Shown: positions 1 to 9,416 of the stretch, one piece after another
Numbering within the stretch: position 1 is the stretch's first letter
Layout of the letters: the number at the start of each line of letters is the position of its first letter
Origin: Candidatus Uhrbacteria bacterium
GTDB taxonomy: Bacteria; Patescibacteriota; Patescibacteriia; UBA9934; GWF2-40-263
NCBI GenBank assembly: GCA_003523645.1
Contig: DOFP01000007.1
Location: forward strand, 1-42,527
Direction: 5' to 3'
DNA length: 42,527 nucleotides
Translations under genes and position numbers: made by a program
Notes under the pieces: model-generated
Database searches by the model: none
Seen by the model: the letters and a program-made list of their open reading frames with translations, nothing else
Told to the model about the DNA's origin: nothing

Positions 1-123
1 AGGCGCCAATTTCCGAACGGTCTCCTCTTCGTTTCGCCTCTTCAGTTCGGCTCCACGAGCTTCCCCTGCGGCGAGTTGTTCCTTCATTTCGTCAGAAAAA
101 AACTGGATTCGTCGTGTTTCCAT
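1..123 (-). CDS. 5' end of an unknown gene; N-terminus METRRIQFFSDEMKEQLAAGEARG..., continues past the window start
   Basis: Reverse-strand ATG at 121-123 preceded by GGAGAAAtttca (RBS); open frame runs to the window edge. Too short (41 aa in window) for the ORF track. Confidence 0.4.
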   Translation of the reverse strand, partial: METRRIQFFSDEMKEQLAAGEARGAELKRRNEEETVRKLAP

Positions 124-416
124 TGAAATTTCTCCTGAATTTGCTGTTTACTAGAATTACATACATTTATGTAGAAATAGCGACTTGTTTATAGTATACA
201 TAATATCTTTTGTCAATATTTGTCATCATTTTTAAAGAACTAAGATAGTTGGTATACTTTTAGTGAATCTTTAAATGTAGGACTTTCACATTTGGATGCA
301 GACCAAGGAGAAATCGAGGCTTTTTGTGAGCTGTACTCACAGATACAGTGAACAAAAAACGTAGATTTCGACACAGGTATGCGCCGAATGAGAAAGTTCT
401 AAAATGATATTTTTCT

Positions 417-2720
417 ATGCGTAGATCATTGGGTGAACAGACTTCCATGGGAGGAGAAGGTGAACGAACAGCATTATTGAAAAAAGAACGAAAAGAAGTA
501 CTTGGTGCTAAGCAGGAATATTGGAATCAGGTGAAAAAATCCATGATGGAATTATTTGGAGAGCAGGAAGTTCCAGAAGAGATTCTTCAAGAGCTTGTTG
601 CTATTCGTCAGGAAATAAAAATTCAAGCTGTTGAGACTGTATACCTTGATATATATTCCAAATCAGTACGAAAACGTATACACGATCTTGCTGTCTCGAT
701 TCTTGCCTATCGGAAAGGAACAGAAACACAAGGTTCTACGAGTTCAGAACAAGAGCAGGTACTTCAAGAAGAATTGGAACGATATTTTGAATCGTTTCGT
801 ATTGCACAGAACGCAGGACGATTTCGTGAAACCGTTCGAGAGGTGCAACGCGCAATGACGCAAGAGAATCGTACGGGGAAATTGAATTTTTATTCAGAGG
901 AAGAAAAAACGGAAGAGATGGTTGTGCGTGTGCAAGAAAAATATGCACGTGTTGGATTTTCAGAAAAGGAAATTCAAGAACTCGTGCGTACATGTGATGT
1001 CAAAAAGTTGAATGAGATTGAATTGCAGGATCTGAAAATTTTGGCAAAAATCTCGGATATTTTTCGGAAATTCATGGATGGAGATAAAACAAAATATGTC
1101 ATATTATCTGCCGGCTTACTTGTCCCTGCTTTTCTCGAAGGGTATGCTCCAATGACACTTGCGAAAGCCTTTCAAAAGGATCATATCGATGTTGTTCAAG
1201 TCGGTTTGTATGCGTTGCTCACAGGGGCGGCATCAGGAATGTCCACGTGGCTTCATAAAAAATTTAATATATTTCTTGATCAAAATTTTTCCAAAAAAGG
1301 AGGAATTGGACAAACGATTTCCAAAAATATTGGCACATTTCCTCCGGAAAAAATCAATGAATTTGGACGTTCAATCGTGAAAGCACGCATTGCCTGTGCA
1401 AAAGACAGTTATGAAAGTGTCTATCGTATGGTGAGTGGAGATGTTCTCCCAACCGCTGTGACGCTCGCGACAAGTGCAGCGATGTTGTATCGAGAACAAC
1501 CCTATCTTGCAGCTGCAACCATAGCCGGAACTGGGTTCATGATGATGTTGGATAAATATATGGAACGGGCAACAGGATGGTGGGGGAAGCGCCGTAAAGC
1601 AGAACAGGAAGGAGAAGTCGCAGGGAGACAAATAGAAGAACAATTTAATGCACACATGGAAATTGTTCTTTCGGGAATGAAGGATGATTTGATTGAACGC
1701 ACAGAAACACTTCTTGCAAAGGAGCGGGTAGCAAAGTCTGATAGGCAATATGCAGAAATGATTCGCGATCAGATTTCGAGTTTATATCGATCTTTGAATA
1801 TGATTGTTGCCGCTGGAGTAACGATTGCGGTTGGAGGAAATGCAGAAAAATTTGTTGCAGCTCTTGTGTATTCTCAAAACTTTCAGCAAGGGGTAGCTAA
1901 TTTACTCGGCTCTAAACGCCGCATGCTTGCGAATTTGCGTGATATCCAACAAATGGAGCTTATGTTTAATGGGCACGCAGAAGAGGAAGAAGAACAGGAA
2001 AAAACACGTGTGGAAATCACACAAGTTCCACGTGGAGATATTCTTTTGAAAGATGTGAGATTCGAAGCGGATGGAAAGATCATTCTTGATGTATCGAATC
2101 TTCGTATTCCTGAAGGAGAAATGGTACATTTAAGCGGGATGAGCGGAAGTGGAAAAACAACGTTCATGAAAGTTGTTTCCGGGTATTATCGTCCAACTTC
2201 AGGTGAAGTACGATTTGGAGAAACCTCACTTGAACAAATCAAAAAAAGCGGAAAAGAATCTCTGTATTCTGCCATTGGGTATCTTCCGCAATTTCCATAT
2301 GTGTTGGAGGATACGGTTCGTGCAAATACGGTGTTTGGATTGCAGGAAAAGATTTCAGATGAAGCGGTTCGTGAAGTTTTGCGCGAAGTGGGATTGGGAG
2401 AACGATTTTCAAATTTAAACGAACAACTCAAAGGTGGTCGTGGAGATACAGGGACGACGTCGGGTGGGGAATCGGCTCGACTTGGTCTTGCGCGCATTTT
2501 GCTTAAAATCAGAAATACGGATTCGAGAATGGTATTTTTGGATGAACCAACCGCATCTGTCGATGAAAAAACTCGCAACGAAATTGCCGACATTTTAAAA
2601 CGAGAAAAGCGGGCTCGTCCGCATGTGACATTTCTGGTGATCAGTCATGATAAGGAATTTATGAAACGAATGGAGTGTTCCATGACTGTCAAAGTAGAAA
2701 AAGGAAAAGTAAAGATATGA
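417..2720 (+). CDS. Fused ABC transporter: N-terminal helical domain, 5-6 TM permease region, C-terminal ATP-binding domain (exporter type)
   Basis: 767-aa ORF. Walker A GMSGSGKTT, degenerate signature TSGGESARL, Walker B VFLDEPT, H-loop ISHD. Hydrophobic helices in the middle (e.g. YVILSAGLLVPAFLEGY, LNMIVAAGVTIAVGG). Confidence 0.85.
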   Translation: MRRSLGEQTSMGGEGERTALLKKERKEVLGAKQEYWNQVKKSMMELFGEQEVPEEILQELVAIRQEIKIQAVETVYLDIYSKSVRKRIHDLAVSILAYRKGTETQGSTSSEQEQVLQEELERYFESFRIAQNAGRFRETVREVQRAMTQENRTGKLNFYSEEEKTEEMVVRVQEKYARVGFSEKEIQELVRTCDVKKLNEIELQDLKILAKISDIFRKFMDGDKTKYVILSAGLLVPAFLEGYAPMTLAKAFQKDHIDVVQVGLYALLTGAASGMSTWLHKKFNIFLDQNFSKKGGIGQTISKNIGTFPPEKINEFGRSIVKARIACAKDSYESVYRMVSGDVLPTAVTLATSAAMLYREQPYLAAATIAGTGFMMMLDKYMERATGWWGKRRKAEQEGEVAGRQIEEQFNAHMEIVLSGMKDDLIERTETLLAKERVAKSDRQYAEMIRDQISSLYRSLNMIVAAGVTIAVGGNAEKFVAALVYSQNFQQGVANLLGSKRRMLANLRDIQQMELMFNGHAEEEEEQEKTRVEITQVPRGDILLKDVRFEADGKIILDVSNLRIPEGEMVHLSGMSGSGKTTFMKVVSGYYRPTSGEVRFGETSLEQIKKSGKESLYSAIGYLPQFPYVLEDTVRANTVFGLQEKISDEAVREVLREVGLGERFSNLNEQLKGGRGDTGTTSGGESARLGLARILLKIRNTDSRMVFLDEPTASVDEKTRNEIADILKREKRARPHVTFLVISHDKEFMKRMECSMTVKVEKGKVKI

Positions 2721-2750
2721 TATACTCATTCAGGTGGATATAATACGATT

Positions 2751-2907
2751 AGGACCTTTCTCGTTTTGCCCATTTTGGTCTTACCATGCACCATCTGGTG
2801 CATGGCTTACGGGGACCCCAGTTTTTCTCGCTGTACTTGATTGAGTACAGCTCGATAAAACTTGCACCCCGTGCACCAAAACTAGTCTAAACTGAGAAAG
2901 TCCTAAC
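2751..2907 (+). repeat. Copy 1 of a ~156-nt repeated structured element (candidate ncRNA or MITE-like element) in the 3' region of the ABC gene
   Basis: About 85% identical to 17283-17438. Near-complementary ends AGGACCTTTCTC / GAGAAAGTCCT. Internal hairpins CCATGCACCAtcTGGTGCATGG and CTGTACTtgattgAGTACAG. No ORF. Confidence 0.7.
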
Positions 2908-3010
2908 GATATCTTTCGTATGGAAACATTCCTGGTTCAAAAACAACTTTTCCGCAAGAGAAAAATTGGTTTTGTTCTCGTAAGTGTTCACAACTGCATT
3001 CAATGCATTC

Positions 3011-3042
3011 AAAAAACCTCAACCTCACGTTGAGGTTTTTTG
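3011..3042. terminator. Rho-independent terminator (bidirectional hairpin)
   Basis: AAAAAA-CCTCAAC-ctcac-GTTGAGG-TTTTTT. Confidence 0.7.
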
Positions 3043-3075
3043 AATCTTATTATTTATTCTTAAAAGGAAACCTGT

Positions 3076-3681
3076 ATGCAACATCCATTTACCGAAACAA
3101 TGCTTGCGACAAAATTTGGACATTTCAATATTCGAGTGTATGCGGACACACAAGGAAAAGAAACCGTTCTTCTTTCAACAGAAAAATTAGATCCGTCCAT
3201 TCCTGTGTGTGTTCGTATTCATAGTGAGTGCATGACTGGAGATACGTTTGGAAGTTTACACTGTGATTGTGGAGAGCAGTTGGATGCCTCGCTTCAAAAG
3301 ATCAAGGAAGGAGAAAATGGCGTATTGATTTATCTACGACAAGAAGGACGTGGTATTGGTTTATTTGAAAAAATCAAAACGTATCAATTACAGAAAAAAG
3401 GATATGATACCTATGAGGCAAATGTTCTTCTTGGACATGAACCTGACGAGCGAACATACGAGAAAGCAAAAATGGCACTTGAGGATTTGGGTATTACCCG
3501 TATTCGGCTTCTCACAAACAATCCTTCAAAAGTGAATGACATGATGAATCTCGGCATAGAGGTGGTTGAACGTATTCCGCTTGTGATGCCAGCAAATACC
3601 TATAATGAACGTTATTTTATTTCTAAACGGGATAAATTTCATCATTTTTTTCAAGAAACAATTGGAGCAAAAGTTAGATAA
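3076..3681 (+). CDS. ribA: GTP cyclohydrolase II
   Basis: 201 aa. Zinc/active-site motif [23 protein letters not shown] matches RibA (E. coli [24 protein letters not shown]). RBS AAAGGAAAcctgtATG. Confidence 0.95.
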   Translation: MQHPFTETMLATKFGHFNIRVYADTQGKETVLLSTEKLDPSIPVCVRIHSECMTGDTFGSLHCDCGEQLDASLQKIKEGENGVLIYLRQEGRGIGLFEKIKTYQLQKKGYDTYEANVLLGHEPDERTYEKAKMALEDLGITRIRLLTNNPSKVNDMMNLGIEVVERIPLVMPANTYNERYFISKRDKFHHFFQETIGAKVR

Positions 3682-3735
3682 GGAAAAGTGGTTTAAACAA
3701 AAAACTCACCACAGAAGATATAGTGAGTCAGGTCG

Positions 3736-4932
3736 TTATTCGGTCTGGAGTAATGCCCAAACATTCAGAACAGATGAGGCATTGGCAATGCCTCCTTGAG
3801 AAAAGAAACTGTGACCGGTTTCTCCAAAAGGAATTTCTTTTCCATCTCCCTGAATGAGAAAATATCCTCCGGTTTCGTCGCAGATTTTTCCTGTGTTCCA
3901 CTTATGAACCTCACAGATTTCTTCCGGGGTCATAAACGGATCATCTGCAGCAGCGATCGTGAAGGTTTTGTAGGTATACAACGTTTCGGACGGCGCAAAC
4001 GGTCTTTGAAACGAGAGGTTCAGACCAACCATATCCGCGGCGGCCGTGAAGGACTCCGGAAAATTCCAGGTTCCAATTTCCTCCAAAGACGGAGATGTTG
4101 TCATGAGTCCGCCATTCGGGAGAGAATAGAACATGGTTTGAGAAATAGCGTCTCTCAGGATGATTTCAATACCATCCTCTGTATTCCGGAGATAAGGGGT
4201 CAGTTCTCGCATGGCCGTACTTGTGAGGACATATCCATACAATCCTTCCGCATATGCCCAAGAGGTTTCAGAAAGCGGCACGGGTGCGATTTCCAGAATA
4301 CGTTCAATACCGTATGTGTGAAAACTGGCTCTGGATAATTCCAGCTCGTATTCCATCACAGGCAACATTTGTCCGGCCATGGAATGAACAACCATGGTAT
4401 CCAATGGATGGAAGAATGGACTTGCCGGATCACTCAGAGTTTCCAGGAGATCAATTTCCGCATCAATGAATTCGGAGAGTCCGATCTGACCATATACAGC
4501 ATCAGATGGAACCCCGCTTTCTCCATGTCCCGGATGTGCAACAAGGAGAATGCCTTTCAGTCGGCAAGACTCAGGCATAGCAAGCCGTGCTTCCGCATAT
4601 TTAAGAAAGATAAGCGGTGCGTTGGTAAAGCCGTGAAATTCGATTGACCACCCCTTTGCATCGCTACAGGCATAGGGATTAGGAATTTCCAATACCTGCA
4701 TATCAAATGCATTCTTATATCCTGTCATCGAGACCGGAATACGCAGGTCTTTTGTTAAAAACGAATCAGCAGGTTGTTTTTGAAGAATTTGCTGACTTTT
4801 TTCATTGGTTTCTTTCGGGTCTCCACACCCAATTGTAAAGGAAGAGAAACAACCAAAAACCATCAACACCCAAAACAGCATTTGTTTTTCGTGCAGCACA
4901 GCTTCTCCTTTTGTATTAAGTTTACAGACCAC
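3736..4932 (-). CDS. Putative secreted lipoprotein, function unknown
   Basis: 398-aa ORF (GTG start at 4932; alternative ATG at 4881). N-terminal signal/lipobox-like MLFWVLMVFGCFSSFTIGCGD. No recognisable catalytic motif. Confidence 0.6.
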   Translation of the reverse strand: MVCKLNTKGEAVLHEKQMLFWVLMVFGCFSSFTIGCGDPKETNEKSQQILQKQPADSFLTKDLRIPVSMTGYKNAFDMQVLEIPNPYACSDAKGWSIEFHGFTNAPLIFLKYAEARLAMPESCRLKGILLVAHPGHGESGVPSDAVYGQIGLSEFIDAEIDLLETLSDPASPFFHPLDTMVVHSMAGQMLPVMEYELELSRASFHTYGIERILEIAPVPLSETSWAYAEGLYGYVLTSTAMRELTPYLRNTEDGIEIILRDAISQTMFYSLPNGGLMTTSPSLEEIGTWNFPESFTAAADMVGLNLSFQRPFAPSETLYTYKTFTIAAADDPFMTPEEICEVHKWNTGKICDETGGYFLIQGDGKEIPFGETGHSFFSQGGIANASSVLNVWALLQTE

Positions 4933-5091
4933 TTTCTCGTGATATACACGAGAAAGCTACGATATAGAATCACATGGGTAATATATCGTCAATTTTCTAG
5001 AGGGTACTCATTCATACCATTGACTTTTTATACAAAAACGTCTATGTTCAGTTGTTCCTATTTTTGCCACACGAAGAAAAAGGAGAAGAAA

Positions 5092-5589
5092 ATGGAACAA
5101 AAAATCGTACGAATGGTAAAAATATCTGATTCTGATAGTGAGTTTTTGACACGTCTTGAAGGAATTGGATTTGGATTTGGTCTGGAAGAAGAAATCGAAC
5201 AAGGATATGTTCTTGTCGAAACAATTCTTCCGGAAGGTTGGACATGGTACGAGAGTGAACATCCGTATCTCCGAGATCCGCGCGGGAATATTCGAAGTTT
5301 CTGCGATTGGTATCAAGGAGGTTACTGTCATTGGTTTCATAGGTGTCTTTCTCTCCAAAGTAATGGAGAGCGGACGCCCGGACGAGAAGACAAACAGGAT
5401 GATTTCATGTTTTGGATCGAGGTTTTGAAGAAAGGAAGGCTCGTTCACAAAACTCGTTCTGTACGTACGTCGTATCACGACCGTGGAAAACGGATGGAAG
5501 ATTTGCGTCCACTTTATGCGGAAGCTGAAGGATGGATGGACGAGCATTATCCCAATTGGCATAATGTCTTTGCCTACTGGGATGAGTGA
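5092..5589 (+). CDS. Hypothetical protein (165 aa)
   Basis: ATG at 5092 preceded by AAAAGGAGAAGAAA. The upstream part of the 4774 ORF overlaps the convergent lipoprotein gene, so the internal start is preferred. Confidence 0.55.
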   Translation: MEQKIVRMVKISDSDSEFLTRLEGIGFGFGLEEEIEQGYVLVETILPEGWTWYESEHPYLRDPRGNIRSFCDWYQGGYCHWFHRCLSLQSNGERTPGREDKQDDFMFWIEVLKKGRLVHKTRSVRTSYHDRGKRMEDLRPLYAEAEGWMDEHYPNWHNVFAYWDE

Positions 5590-5619
5590 AAGATTGTTCT
5601 TTTTTTGAAAGGAAAGACT

Positions 5620-6156
5620 ATGAAGATTACCAGAGAAATGCTTTCCGAATCTTTGAAAACGATTCTCGATATGTTGGTGAAAGATGCCAATCTGCCTGAA
5701 CGCATGCGTTGGGGAACGCATGTTCAGGTGAGAGATATGTCTATTGGCGCGGGTGCTATGGGACGTTTCATTGATGGGATCTTCGAAGTATCTGTGGGTG
5801 AAAATACCTGGGTCTTTGATGGAAACATAAGTGAGACGTCTTGTTACATTGGTTGGAATGTGGAAATTGAAACTGAAACCGGCTCGGTCACAGCTGTGCC
5901 AGTCATGAAGACACATTATAAGAGCGGACCAAAACCTCTCGATCCTGTATTGTTCGGTTTTGAACCACGAACCATTGGATCTTTGGGTCCATTGCGTCGA
6001 TTTATTCCGTCCAGCGATGATGATGATCTGAGAGATCAAATAGATCTCGTCATCAAGAATTATGGTTTTTCTTTTGTGTATGGAACACTAGAGGAAGTTC
6101 GTCGAGGTCGTGCAATATTGTACAAATGCTTGAGTGGATTTATCCATTCAACTTAA
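5620..6156 (+). CDS. Hypothetical protein (178 aa)
   Basis: ATG at 5620 with RBS GAAAGGAAAGact. Followed directly by a strong terminator. Confidence 0.55.
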   Translation: MKITREMLSESLKTILDMLVKDANLPERMRWGTHVQVRDMSIGAGAMGRFIDGIFEVSVGENTWVFDGNISETSCYIGWNVEIETETGSVTAVPVMKTHYKSGPKPLDPVLFGFEPRTIGSLGPLRRFIPSSDDDDLRDQIDLVIKNYGFSFVYGTLEEVRRGRAILYKCLSGFIHST

Positions 6157-6188
6157 AAACCACCTTTTCGGTGGTTTTTTCTTTTTTT
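6157..6188. terminator. Rho-independent terminator shared by convergent genes
   Basis: AAAAACCACC-ttttc-GGTGGTTTTTTCTTTTTTT. Confidence 0.8.
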
Positions 6189-6198
6189 AAAGGAAAAA

Positions 6199-7029
6199 TT
6201 AAACACGATCACGTAATTGTTTTTCACCTGGTCCAAATGTTTTGTGATCTTGTTTGCGGCGTGGATTTTGACGGAGATCTTTTTCTTGTTTTGCGAGAAA
6301 AGCAAATCGTCTCGCATCTATTTTATCCGAATATTCATACGCGGTTCGGAATGTCTCAAGAAATGCGGGGATTTCAACTTTTCCGTTTGTTGGAATCCAA
6401 TCCTCGTCATTTTGTTGAGTCCATCCGGCTGATTCAATGGCGGAAACCTGTGCCTGATCCGCAAGATAAAGAGCAAGAACATCCGTAATTTCCATTGCTG
6501 TTGCCAATCCTTCCTTTCCTTGCATTTTCTCTTTTTGCAGTTTGTGATCTAAATCTACTAACTTTGATTTTCTTTTATCCATTTCTTGTTTCAATTCCTG
6601 TTTTGTGGCTCGTAGATCTACTCCTTTCTCAGTCAAAACTTTTTCATATCCTCTGATTTCTCCTAAGAATGCTTCTGCCTTTTTTGTATCGGCCTCTATC
6701 TGAAATCCGCTTTCCAAAAGTGCTTCAAATTTTTTTTCTTGTATTTTTCTTTCCTGATCCGCTTCTGTTGGTTCTTGATGTGATTCGAACTGTCCTGTTT
6801 TTCTTCGTGGGAGAGTCGACAGTTTTGCAGAAACAAGATCAATAGCCTTTCTCATTTTTTCTAAAACGCCATGTAAACGATTTTTTTCTTTTTCCGTTTC
6901 CTGTGTTGCTTCTTTGAAGCGTTCTCCTAATCTTTCCTGGTCACTTTTTTCCACTCGTTTAATAACCTCCTTTTCCGCCGGTTGTTGTGGTCTTGTTTCT
7001 CCTTCTCCTCCGCTTTTAAAGAAAGCCAT
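6199..7029 (-). CDS. Charged coiled-coil protein (276 aa), function unknown
   Basis: Long ORF rich in E/K/R/Q heptad-like sequence. No enzymatic motifs. Confidence 0.6.
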   Translation of the reverse strand: MAFFKSGGEGETRPQQPAEKEVIKRVEKSDQERLGERFKEATQETEKEKNRLHGVLEKMRKAIDLVSAKLSTLPRRKTGQFESHQEPTEADQERKIQEKKFEALLESGFQIEADTKKAEAFLGEIRGYEKVLTEKGVDLRATKQELKQEMDKRKSKLVDLDHKLQKEKMQGKEGLATAMEITDVLALYLADQAQVSAIESAGWTQQNDEDWIPTNGKVEIPAFLETFRTAYEYSDKIDARRFAFLAKQEKDLRQNPRRKQDHKTFGPGEKQLRDRV

Positions 7030-7067
7030 ATTGATTTATCCTATTCGTATTAAAGAAATTCACAGTC

Positions 7068-7265
7068 ATGATACCAAACCATATGACACCAGAACAAATG
7101 GAAGAACTCCGGCTTGAGTATGAACGCATTGGAGAACGCATGCGGGAGCTTGCGGAAAAAGCAACAGACCTTGAGAAACGAATGTTTGATGTTTTGAAGG
7201 AAATCATGAAACAGGAGGATAACGAAAAAATAGAAGAAATTCGAAAGAATATTCTCGGAGGATAA
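7068..7265 (+). CDS. Possible small coiled-coil protein (65 aa)
   Basis: ORF divergent from 6199-7029. No clear RBS, so only weakly supported. Confidence 0.3.
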   Translation: MIPNHMTPEQMEELRLEYERIGERMRELAEKATDLEKRMFDVLKEIMKQEDNEKIEEIRKNILGG

Positions 7266-7363
7266 ATTTTAAATATATCGTTGTTGTCGTTTGACAAATG
7301 TGTTTATTTTTGGTAACAAAAGCTCATTCGTCGGACTTTAACAATAGAGAGAAGGGGAAAACA

Positions 7364-8167
7364 ATGGACATTATCATCGGTCAAGAAATTGGTGAATATC
7401 GCACTGAATCCCTTGTTGCGCGTGGAACAAATTCAACCATTTATAGAGGCACTCATCTTCTCATGGGAGAGGAAGTTTGTCTCAAGCGGTATGACCTTGA
7501 CATAAAGCCTGCAATTCCGATTGGGGAAGCGGATGTTTTGTCACGGTTGCAACATACGGAGATTCCAAAATTTCGGAATCTTCTTTCGTTAAAAGATGAT
7601 TCTTATGTGGTTGTCACGCATTTCGTTTCCGGTTCCCCATTGGGTCAAGCCGTGCAAAAGCACGGAAATATGGATCCGGAAATCGTGGCATCATTCTTGG
7701 AGAGAATGTTGCATTTGCTCAGATATATGCATGTAGATCAGAGATGTGTGCATGGAGACATCAAGCCAGAGCATATTTTGGCAAGGACTGATCATTCGAT
7801 TACGCTTGTTGGATTCGGCGTTGCGGAATTTTCTTCTGGAAATTGGGAAAAGAATCGAGGGTGGACAGACTTGTTCGCTCCACCAGAACAAGTTGAGGGT
7901 CGTCCGCTTGTTCCACAGATGGATCTTTACGCACTTGGAATGAGTATGGTGTATCTGCTCTGTGGTGGAAACGAGGAACAATTTAAGAATGGAGAAATTC
8001 CGGACGAAGTCCCCGACCCTATGGGACGATTCCTCTCTCGTTTGGTCATGAAGGATCCTGCCAAACGTTTGAACTGGACGCAGATGGATCTTTTCAAGGA
8101 GTGGGTGGAGATCCGTTTCGAGTGTTTCAAGAGGTCGACGACAGAAGGAAAACTACTCTTTCTTTGA
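7364..8167 (+). CDS. Ser/Thr protein-kinase-fold protein (kinase-like; DFG replaced by GFG)
   Basis: RBS GAGAAGGGGAAAAcaATG. Beta3 Lys in VCLKRY, alphaC Glu in EADVLSRL, catalytic loop HGDIKPEHIL (HRD-like with Asp retained), VGFGVAEF in place of DFG, APE-like FAPPEQ. Paralogous to the C-terminus of 25696-27423. Confidence 0.75.
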   Translation: MDIIIGQEIGEYRTESLVARGTNSTIYRGTHLLMGEEVCLKRYDLDIKPAIPIGEADVLSRLQHTEIPKFRNLLSLKDDSYVVVTHFVSGSPLGQAVQKHGNMDPEIVASFLERMLHLLRYMHVDQRCVHGDIKPEHILARTDHSITLVGFGVAEFSSGNWEKNRGWTDLFAPPEQVEGRPLVPQMDLYALGMSMVYLLCGGNEEQFKNGEIPDEVPDPMGRFLSRLVMKDPAKRLNWTQMDLFKEWVEIRFECFKRSTTEGKLLFL

Positions 8168-8296
8168 GTGATCTGACATGAGGATTTCCGGCACGGAGAT
8201 CCTTTTTTCTTGACGTTTTTTCTCTTTTTGCTAGGGTTGGATGTCGTTCTGGTAGAATGATGTGTTTCTTAAAACTGAATAAGGAAGGAGAAAGAA

Positions 8297-9313
8297 GTGT
8301 CGCGAGGAGGAACTGATTATGACCGTGACGTGTCGGATCGGTCCATGCGAACGAGTAGTGGCTTTACCACAGTCGCAGAGGAAGCGATGGCAACACGACA
8401 ATGGTTCGACCCTGCTCTGTTGCCAAAAGGGAGAGTGATCAAGACACTTTGCAAGAGCCCGATCGCTCTTCCATTTGATGTAACCGGATCCTTGGGGGGT
8501 CTCGCCAAGATCACCTATGACAAAATGCCCATGACTGCCGGAGAACTCAAGAAGCGTTCCTATCTTCAGGACTGTCAGATTTGTCCGATCGCGGTCGGAG
8601 ATGTTGTTTCCGACAGAGGACCGCTCCAGATCGGGGAATTCGTCGTTCCGCGGGAACTTGACAGTTATCTTCAACGCCTTTGGCTCGAAGGGGGAGGTGG
8701 TCGTCAAGGATATGAGTCCTATGAATTCGTCGCCTATTTCCTTGCATACCATTGCGATATTCCAGAGGCCGACACACCATTCGTCATTTTTATAGGTGAT
8801 GAACGGTTCCGGGAGGACCTTCATAGAAATGCGCTTCAAGCGTATTTCGGAGGTATTGAGCATGAAGACATGAATGCTTTCAAAGTGTTTGCCGACCTCA
8901 GGAGAAAGTTCAAGAACAATGTATTTCTGATTCACCGATATTACGATGACATGTGTACGGATAAAGAAGTCATTGACCAGTGGTCAGGAGTTCTTGGAGC
9001 CGATCACGTGATCAATCTCGGACACGGAAACGACACAGCTGTTGCAGACGTCATGCTCGGCATCTTTGCCCTGATGGGCGGGACACGAACTCTGGATCAG
9101 TATCTGGAAGATATGCGGGAACGCGGTCAGGATCAGACGCGTCTTGCCTTTGTTCGTAGGGCTCTGTCTGTTCTGAAGCCGCCGTCCTCAATCCAGAAAA
9201 AAGAGGAAGATGCAGATCAGTCGCAGCAGGTATTGGCGGCGGAAGAGAAGCAGAAAAGTCCGTCCCGCAAGAAGGGAAAATCCGTCTTCGATTCCTCGAA
9301 TTGGGACGTCTGA
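8297..9313 (+). CDS. von Willebrand factor A (vWA/MIDAS) domain protein, locus-1 copy
   Basis: GTG start after AAGGAAGGAG. MIDAS-like DVTGSLGG, GGGG loop and YEFVAYFLAYH. Collinear with 27442-28452 (DVSGSMGF, GGGGG, PEYALYWAATH). Confidence 0.75.
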   Translation: MSRGGTDYDRDVSDRSMRTSSGFTTVAEEAMATRQWFDPALLPKGRVIKTLCKSPIALPFDVTGSLGGLAKITYDKMPMTAGELKKRSYLQDCQICPIAVGDVVSDRGPLQIGEFVVPRELDSYLQRLWLEGGGGRQGYESYEFVAYFLAYHCDIPEADTPFVIFIGDERFREDLHRNALQAYFGGIEHEDMNAFKVFADLRRKFKNNVFLIHRYYDDMCTDKEVIDQWSGVLGADHVINLGHGNDTAVADVMLGIFALMGGTRTLDQYLEDMRERGQDQTRLAFVRRALSVLKPPSSIQKKEEDADQSQQVLAAEEKQKSPSRKKGKSVFDSSNWDV

Positions 9314-9416
9314 AGACAATTTAACCTGTGGGATGCTGGTGCTCAAAATTTTGCACTTGTCGTTCCACAGGTTTTTTAGAAAGTTTCGTTTTTAAGAATC
9401 AATCATCGGAGGAAAG

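Noticed and set aside
3796-4647. Several plus-strand ORFs (3796–4338, 4254–4469, 4369–4647)
   Set aside because: All lie antisense inside the 398-aa lipoprotein gene and are short, with no RBS.
4774-5091. Upstream extension of the 5092–5589 gene (ORF track start 4774)
   Set aside because: The extension overlaps the convergent lipoprotein gene and lacks an RBS. The ATG at 5092 has a consensus AGGAG.
5008-6039. 343-aa ORF on the minus strand
   Set aside because: Antisense to two consecutive plus-strand genes with good RBSs and a shared terminator. Low-complexity, Ile/Phe-rich translation typical of an AT-rich antisense frame.
8231-8935. 234-aa ORF on the minus strand
   Set aside because: Lies entirely antisense to the well-supported vWA gene (8297–9313), which has a strong RBS and a paralogue. 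No RBS. Typical shadow ORF.
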